Assembly: GCA_043738845.1 (NCBI GenBank)
Contig: JAYUFG010000318.1
Location: 1 to 32,115 of the forward strand
Length of the DNA: 32,115 nt
Direction of reading: 5' to 3'
Source of the DNA: Planctomycetaceae bacterium
GTDB taxonomy: Bacteria > Planctomycetota > Planctomycetia > Pirellulales > DASRSE01
Below, one piece after another: positions 26,898-32,115 of this stretch. Both the position numbers and the translations under genes were made by a program. A model generated the notes under the pieces. That model saw nothing but the letters and a program-made list of their open reading frames with translations, did no database searches and was not told the DNA's origin. Each line of letters starts with the position of its first letter. Position 1 is the stretch's first letter.

Positions 26898-28139
26898 CTA
26901 CATTTCGTTCGGATTGGAATCTCGCAGCACCGGTTCCAAAATTTTCGTATTCCGTTCGACGGCGAGAACGACCGTGCGCTGTTGAGCACCATCCCGCGTG
27001 CTTATCACGACTGGGATAACTTGTCGCCGATTGGGAAAATCGCAGCGGACAGTAAAGCTACCGTCGGGACGAACCTTAATCGGTTCACCTTGCAGCGTAA
27101 CGTGTGCATCGGGATGAGTCGCGCCGTGGATCATCAACTCGGCCTCGAGTTCGACTTTGAGCCGTCGGTCACGATGAATGAGTCCCTCCGCACCCGCACC
27201 GTAGCGTGTGACCAGTGGCGACCCCATCGGCCGCCGCAAACGCTCCTCAAAAAGTTCCTGCAACTCGCCCGTCGAGCCGTCGGCTGCATAGCCGCCGCTC
27301 ATGGCATAGATTTTTTCGCAGTTTTCAGCCACATCGTTCCAATGGGGGTCCATAATTTCACCCCGATTCGGAGCCGGTGTCGAAACCACATTCGACCGAG
27401 CCAAACTATGAAAGCGACCCGACGACGCCAGATAGCCCAGTTCCACCCGATAGTTCTGCTGGGCCTCTGCCACGTCGATATACCAGTTCTTCACACGACC
27501 ATGAATTTTCACGTCTCGTTCGACCGACTCCGAAGCACCCGACGTGGCCGTATCAACACGACGCAAACGCAGGACAGGATGCGCACTATGCCAATCTTGA
27601 CCCATTGCCGCCTGGGCACGCTGCACACTTTGCGGCGTTACATCCCACACGCAATGCAGCCACAGTGGCCCGCGAACCATCGCGACCAAACGATCTTTGA
27701 CGGGAACACTTCTCCCCTCTCCGTATAACGCAGCCAAATCTTTCAGAGGCGAAATTTTTGGCCGAGTCGGCTCGATTTTTTTCTCTGGCAACTTGGGCAA
27801 AGGATCGGTAGGTTTCACGCCATTATGCTTCAAACCATTAAGTTTCACACCGTTGACCAAGGGCTTGGTTTCATGGTTTGTCGGCTTCGATTTTGCATTC
27901 TCGATGGGTGGCGACATTTTTGTAACCACCGTTGGACGCAACGGAACCAACGAACCGGCGGCCGGGAGCTTTTTCACCTTACTCGCAACTTTGGATTGAG
28001 TGGCGGCCTTTTTGGCGGCGCGCAAAATCGCCCGCACCAGGTCGTCCTTTTTCATCCCTTGATAACCGGAAACGCCTCGCTTTTTCGCAAGTTGATTCAG
28101 GTCTTTTACTGTGTACGATTTGAGGGCAGCAGCAGTCAT
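26898..28139 (-). CDS. DUF4912 domain protein with N-terminal Rho-N-like domain
   Basis: GAGGAG RBS; TVKDLNQLAKKRGVSGYQGMKKDDLVRAI (Rho_N-like); DRLVAMVRGPLWLHCVWD, WYIDV...YRVELGY...ARSNVVSTP; AELMIHGATHPDA. Confidence 0.85.
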   Translation of the reverse strand: MTAAALKSYTVKDLNQLAKKRGVSGYQGMKKDDLVRAILRAAKKAATQSKVASKVKKLPAAGSLVPLRPTVVTKMSPPIENAKSKPTNHETKPLVNGVKLNGLKHNGVKPTDPLPKLPEKKIEPTRPKISPLKDLAALYGEGRSVPVKDRLVAMVRGPLWLHCVWDVTPQSVQRAQAAMGQDWHSAHPVLRLRRVDTATSGASESVERDVKIHGRVKNWYIDVAEAQQNYRVELGYLASSGRFHSLARSNVVSTPAPNRGEIMDPHWNDVAENCEKIYAMSGGYAADGSTGELQELFEERLRRPMGSPLVTRYGAGAEGLIHRDRRLKVELEAELMIHGATHPDAHVTLQGEPIKVRPDGSFTVRCDFPNRRQVIPVVISTRDGAQQRTVVLAVERNTKILEPVLRDSNPNEM

Positions 28140-28525
28140 CAAGCGAATCTCCTCGGTCCAGCGACTTACGGCACGAAAGGTGCGCGGAAAGTGGCTGTCA
28201 AAACACGAAACACACAGGATCGTCCGTGAGAAAAACCACGTTCCGACCTCGCGGCTGTCCGTGGCCGACCGAGGGGGCAAATACCACATCGCCACGACCA
28301 CTAATGTCGCAGCGAAGGATTGAACATTCCGATTTTCGTCACTTGGGGCGGGATTAGCCTGACGAAAGGCGGAGTATGTAGCTAAAAAGGTGGGGGTTCC
28401 CTAATGATAACAGTGGGCTTAACCCCTTTAGTCTATTCGGAATGTTGGAAAAACGCAACCAGAGGGCCACGAATTATGGGGGTCCATAGCCCGAAAAAAT
28501 GCAACTTAAGTATTGAATCAGTAAC

Positions 28526-28561
28526 GGTTTAATGTCGGGTTTAATGTCGGGTTTAATGTCG
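28526..28561. repeat. Tandem repeat 3 x 12 bp
   Basis: GGTTTAATGTCG x3, perfect. Confidence 0.95.
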
Positions 28562-28745
28562 CTGGATCAATCGCACTGGATTCCTTTTTTACACAACAAT
28601 CAAACTGAAAATCGTATGACAAACTTATTGTCCTTATTGTCGCGTTCTCGCGGAATGAGTTTATCGCCCAGAAAAAGCAAGCCAGCGGAACGATTCCAAA
28701 ACGCCCGCAAGTCCGGTCTGGTGGTTGGTTTAGGGGCTGCAAAAC

Positions 28746-28769
28746 AATTTGTGAAAAAAATCACGAATT
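28746..28769. promoter_or_regulatory. CRP/FNR-family or Rex-like operator upstream of the atp operon
   Basis: AATTTGTGA-AAAAAA-TCACGAATT palindrome (TGTGA-N6-TCACg). Confidence 0.55.
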
Positions 28770-28783
28770 TGCCGGTTGAACGG

Positions 28784-28812
28784 TTGACGCCCTCCGCCCG
28801 GTCCGTTAAATT
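28784..28812 (+). promoter_or_regulatory. Putative sigma70 promoter of the atp operon
   Basis: TTGACG (28784-28789), 17-nt spacer, TAAATT (28807-28812). Confidence 0.6.
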
Positions 28813-28943
28813 GCTCTCCTTAATCGACGGAACCCGTTGCCGGACGCCCGTTTTTAAGCGGTTTTTTCGGCGATATTTTCAGTCGCAAGTCGTTTATTAA
28901 CAATGCCTTACGTGTTGCAGGCCGGTTTTAGACGGGTTGTTTG

Positions 28944-28982
28944 AGGCGGTGTCAATTCAGGCGGTGTCAATTCAGGCGGTGT
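28944..28982. repeat. Tandem repeat 2.6 x 15 bp immediately before the atpZ start
   Basis: AGGCGGTGTCAATTC x2 + AGGCGGTGT. Confidence 0.93.
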
Positions 28983-28986
28983 TCGA

Positions 28987-29349
28987 GTGACCGAGCCAGA
29001 CGATGACCGGTCGCCAATGGCGACCGCGATGGAGTGGGTTTCCCGGGTTACAACCATCGCTTTAACTATGGTTTTGCCGGGTTTGGCTGGCAATTGGCTC
29101 GATGGAAAGCTCAATACGGGTTTTATTGCATTAGTCGGATTTGCGTTGGGAATTACCGTTGCCGTCTGGCAGTTATTGCAGTTGGCCCGCGAAGCCAATG
29201 GCCGCGACCAGAAGGCACGCCATTCTCATTCACCTCAAAGTCGGTCGAATCAGGTAGATCAAGACACGATTACTAAAAGCAAACATTCTCCCGGTCGTGA
29301 CGCACCGCAGCGTCCCGCCGATACGGACCCAACTTCTCGTGAGCAGTGA
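28987..29349 (+). CDS. AtpZ/AtpI family protein
   Basis: MVLPGLAGNWLDGKLNT (G..LD motif) with two TM helices; first gene of the atp operon. Confidence 0.85.
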   Translation: MTEPDDDRSPMATAMEWVSRVTTIALTMVLPGLAGNWLDGKLNTGFIALVGFALGITVAVWQLLQLAREANGRDQKARHSHSPQSRSNQVDQDTITKSKHSPGRDAPQRPADTDPTSREQ

Positions 29350-29782
29350 CGGAACAATTCGTATCAAATCCTCTTGGCGTGGGCTGCTGTTTGATTGTGC
29401 GCTGTTGTCGGCCGCGATTCTCGTGACACTCATTGTCGTCGGATTGGTGGCGTCCAGATCGCACGGTGCTGTCGGCTGGTGGGCGGCTGTCACGGCGGGC
29501 GGACTAAGCTGGCTCGGGGCGATGCTGGCACTTTCGAGTACGAGATTCTTCAAGGCGGACAATCAAGTCAATCAGGCGTTATTCGGAATTTTGGCGGGCA
29601 TGGCGTTTCGCATGGGCCTTCCTTTGTTCGTCGGCCTGCTCATGTTGCAGTCGGGTGGCGAACTCGTTGAGGCAGGTGTCGTGGGAATGGTGTTTGTGTT
29701 CTACTTTGTCACGCTCGTCGTTGAAACTCCCATGATGTTGCGTCAAGGTCGCCCGTTGCCGGATGCAAGGAGGGTGTCGTAA
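29297..29782 (+). CDS. ATP synthase subunit I-like 4-TM membrane protein
   Basis: Four hydrophobic segments, GMAFRMG motif, directly upstream of atpB. In-frame GTG at 29339 is a plausible alternative start. Confidence 0.7.
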   Translation: MTHRSVPPIRTQLLVSSDGTIRIKSSWRGLLFDCALLSAAILVTLIVVGLVASRSHGAVGWWAAVTAGGLSWLGAMLALSSTRFFKADNQVNQALFGILAGMAFRMGLPLFVGLLMLQSGGELVEAGVVGMVFVFYFVTLVVETPMMLRQGRPLPDARRVS

Positions 29783-29785
29783 TTC

Positions 29786-30715
29786 ATGGCCGACGCAATT
29801 CTTCACATTAAAGACGCCTATTACTTCGACGTGCCGCGCACCGTGTGGCGGTCGAATCTTACGAGCTTGGAGCAGGTTCCGGGATATCTGCGCGAGGGTC
29901 ATCCGCACGCCTCTTTGGATGAATTTAATGAAGCCCTGCATGGCAAGGTTCTTATTCCGCAACCGTTCGGTACACTAAGAAACATGTACGAACGAGAGTC
30001 GGGGTTTTGCATCTCAAAGTTCATGATAATTGAACTCTTGATTGGCGCGGTTCTGGTTTTCCTGTTCTCCCGGTTGGCGGCCAAGCTCAAGCGGGGGGAA
30101 GTACCGCGCGGCAAAAGCTGGAATTTTCTCGAATCCATGGTCGTGTTTATTCGCGATGAAGTCGCTCGGCCAGCCATTGGTGGCCACGACGCCGATAAAT
30201 TTTTGCCCATCCTGTGGACGATGTTCTTTTTCATTCTCGGCTGCAATCTGTTTGGAATGTTGCCGTGGTTGGGTGCGCCGACCGGTTCCTTCGGGGTAAC
30301 GGTCGCCCTGGCGGGAATTACGTTTTGTACGGTTTTAATTTCCGGAATGATGAAGTTCGGCGTCGTTGGCTACTGGTTTAATCAAGTGCCGCACATGGAC
30401 CTTCCCTTGCTCTTGAGTCCTTTGAAAATAATGATCTTTGTGATCGAGGTTGTCGGGACTTGCATTAAAAATGGCGTTTTGGCCATTCGTCTTTTGGCGA
30501 ACATGGTTGCAGGCCATCTCGTGCTGTTGGCCGTGATGGGCTTGGCGTTCAGCTTAGAAGGAGCGGCCAGCAGCGGCTGGTGGCTGACCGCCGTGATTAG
30601 TATTCTCGGTTCGACACTGTTTAGTTTGCTGGAGCTATTTGTGGCTTTCTTGCAGGCCTATATTTTTACTTTCTTGTCCGCTCTGTTTATTGGCGCGGCG
30701 ATCCATCACCATTAG
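29786..30715 (+). CDS. atpB: F0F1 ATP synthase subunit a
   Basis: NLFGMLPW, LAIRLLANMVAGH (essential Arg), LELFVAFLQAYIFTFLS. Confidence 0.97.
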   Translation: MADAILHIKDAYYFDVPRTVWRSNLTSLEQVPGYLREGHPHASLDEFNEALHGKVLIPQPFGTLRNMYERESGFCISKFMIIELLIGAVLVFLFSRLAAKLKRGEVPRGKSWNFLESMVVFIRDEVARPAIGGHDADKFLPILWTMFFFILGCNLFGMLPWLGAPTGSFGVTVALAGITFCTVLISGMMKFGVVGYWFNQVPHMDLPLLLSPLKIMIFVIEVVGTCIKNGVLAIRLLANMVAGHLVLLAVMGLAFSLEGAASSGWWLTAVISILGSTLFSLLELFVAFLQAYIFTFLSALFIGAAIHHH

Positions 30716-30732
30716 TTTAGGAGAGTGGTACT

Positions 30733-31032
30733 GTGAAAAACTTTGTTCGGTTGGCTGCCTTGTTCATCGCCGTATTGGCGATTGCCTCGCCAGCGTTCGC
30801 CGCCGATGGCGGAACTTTCAATTTGACCGGAGCGTTTGGTGCCGGACTGGTAACCATCGGTGCTGGCTACGGTATCGGCCGTTTGGCCTCGGCCGCGCTC
30901 GAAAGCATGGCCCGTCAACCGGAAGTTGCGGGCAGCATTCAGACCGCGATGATTATTGCGGCGGCGTTGATCGAAGGGTTTACGTTCTTCGCCTTGTACA
31001 TCTGCATGACGCAGAATCCATGGGCTAAGTAG
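30733..31032 (+). CDS. atpE: F0F1 ATP synthase subunit c with signal-peptide-like N-terminal extension
   Basis: GAGLVTIGAGYGIG, ARQPE loop, AALIEG carboxylate; AGGAGA RBS before the GTG. Confidence 0.97.
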   Translation: MKNFVRLAALFIAVLAIASPAFAADGGTFNLTGAFGAGLVTIGAGYGIGRLASAALESMARQPEVAGSIQTAMIIAAALIEGFTFFALYICMTQNPWAK

Positions 31033-31096
31033 TAAACTTCTTGTCTCAGTTCGTTGGATGTCTTTGATTCGTTACATGTTCCTGAGAGGCTACGCC

Positions 31097-31774
31097 GTGT
31101 GCGATAAATCTCTATTTTTGAAAATGCTGCTCATCGTGTTCGGATTGACCTTCGGCGCGTCGTTGGCTTTGGCCAATGATCCTGCTGGTGATTCGTCAAA
31201 GTCCGAAAAGGCCAGCGGAGCAGAAGAGAACGTTCATATTGGTCATGCCAATGCAGGGCCTGATTTGAACAAGCCCGAAGATTTCAAGTGGGATTTGTCG
31301 CTCTACACGTTTGTCGTTTTTTTGCTCTTGGTCGGCGTCCTCGGCAAGTTTGCCTGGGGGCCGATTGTGCAGGGCTTGGAAAAGCGGGAGCATGGAATCG
31401 CGTCGCAGATTGAGTCGGCCGAGAAGGCCAATCAACATGCGCAAGAGTTGCTCGCCGATTACGAAAAGAAATTGGCGACCGCCCAAGAGCAAGTCAAAGC
31501 CATGCACGACGACGCTCGCAAGGTCGCCGAAACCACCAAGCAGTCGATCTTGACCGAAGCCAAGGCAGGTGCCGAAGCCGAACGAGATCGGGCGGTTAAG
31601 GACATCGAACTGGCCACCGATAAAGCGTTAAAGGAACTGGCGGAAAAGAGTGCGAATTTGGCCGTCGATCTGGCGGGCAAAATCGTCAAGGCCAAGCTCA
31701 CAGCATCCGACCATTCCAAACTGATCCAAGAGGCCGTCGCCAAGTTTCCCCAAACAACGCCCGGCCGAAATTAA
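31097..31774 (+). CDS. atpF: F0F1 ATP synthase subunit b
   Basis: FVVFLLLVGVLGKFAWGPIVQGLEKRE then a long coiled coil, LAVDLAGKIV. Start placed at GTG 31097 (GAGAGG upstream); ATG 31058 and 31124 are alternatives. Confidence 0.95.
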   Translation: MCDKSLFLKMLLIVFGLTFGASLALANDPAGDSSKSEKASGAEENVHIGHANAGPDLNKPEDFKWDLSLYTFVVFLLLVGVLGKFAWGPIVQGLEKREHGIASQIESAEKANQHAQELLADYEKKLATAQEQVKAMHDDARKVAETTKQSILTEAKAGAEAERDRAVKDIELATDKALKELAEKSANLAVDLAGKIVKAKLTASDHSKLIQEAVAKFPQTTPGRN

Positions 31775-31809
31775 GAATTAAAAAAAGCGTGTCGATTTGG
31801 CGAGCCAAC

Positions 31810-31930
31810 GAACTGGCGAGCCGGAGGGCGTAAGTCCCCGGTGTCCGCAGGGTCGTGATAGATCGTAGCGTTGTAATAGGAATAGATAAAAATTCGCACC
31901 GGTGGCTTACGCCCACCGGCTCGCCAATTC
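31810..31930. repeat. REPIN-like inverted repeat pair inside the atp operon
   Basis: TGGCGAGCCGGAGGGCGTAAGTCCCCGGTG (31814-31843) vs CACCGGTGGCTTACGCCCACCGGCTCGCCA (31897-31926); each arm is itself a hairpin. Confidence 0.85.
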
Positions 31931-31981
31931 AAATTTGATTCGTTTTCCGTTTTCCGTTGTCCATTTAGTTCCGTTCCCACC

Positions 31982-32115
31982 ATGCCGACCAATCCAGCAC
32001 CTTCCGATGCAGCAGCCGATGTCATTGACGTCGGTGCGCGACAGGTTGGTGCTGTGTATGCGAAAGCATTTTTGGCGGCGGCAAAAAAGTCGGGCCAATT
32101 GGCGGCGGTAGTTGA
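31982..32115 (+). CDS. atpH: F1 ATP synthase subunit delta (partial, runs off the window)
   Basis: Not in the ORF track. Translates MPTNPAPSDAAADVIDVGARQVGAVYAKAFLAAAKKSGQLAAVV; YAKAF matches the delta N-terminal YA.AL motif, and the position after atpF fits. Confidence 0.85.
   Translation, partial: MPTNPAPSDAAADVIDVGARQVGAVYAKAFLAAAKKSGQLAAVV

Noticed and set aside
28532-28900. 122-aa ORF in the atp upstream region
   Set aside because: Starts inside a tandem repeat, overlaps the predicted promoter and operator, and has no recognisable motifs.
28526-28982. CRISPR array from the short tandem repeats
   Set aside because: Units of 12-15 bp are contiguous with no spacers, and there are no cas genes.
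28987-32115. Na+-translocating N-ATPase operon
   Set aside because: Gene order is the canonical Z/I-B-E-F-H, and subunit c lacks the Na+-binding signature.

Overview
Bacterial chromosomal window that looks planctomycetal (Pirellulales-like; inferred from gene content such as DUF1598 and the secretin-N-like repeat proteins, and from the repeat types). Left half: a HEAT-like hypothetical on +, then eight co-oriented minus-strand genes. In transcription order these are a GAF-GAF-HlyD protein, a signal-peptide HlyD protein, a PqqD-like/M50-peptidase/HlyD fusion, three tandem paralogous secreted proteins built from secretin-N-terminal-like (STN + ring-motif-like) modules with no secretin barrel, an HDOD/degenerate GGDEF protein, and a MATE transporter split by a 1-nt frameshift. 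Right half is mostly housekeeping: Nudix CoA pyrophosphatase, GNAT, pgpA, DUF1598, AtuA/DUF1446, ClpC, a TPR membrane protein, ThiD2-ThiE, DUF4912, and the start of the F1Fo operon (atpZ, atpI-like, atpB, atpE, atpF, partial atpH). Intergenic DNA carries at least five unrelated REP/REPIN-like palindrome families, heptamer microsatellites and short tandem repeats. I found no tRNA, rRNA, CRISPR or transposase. The best candidate for an undescribed system is the ATPase-less three-adaptor/M50 protease module, possibly together with the adjacent secretin-N-like paralog array. All family calls are by motif recognition by eye; no database search was run.
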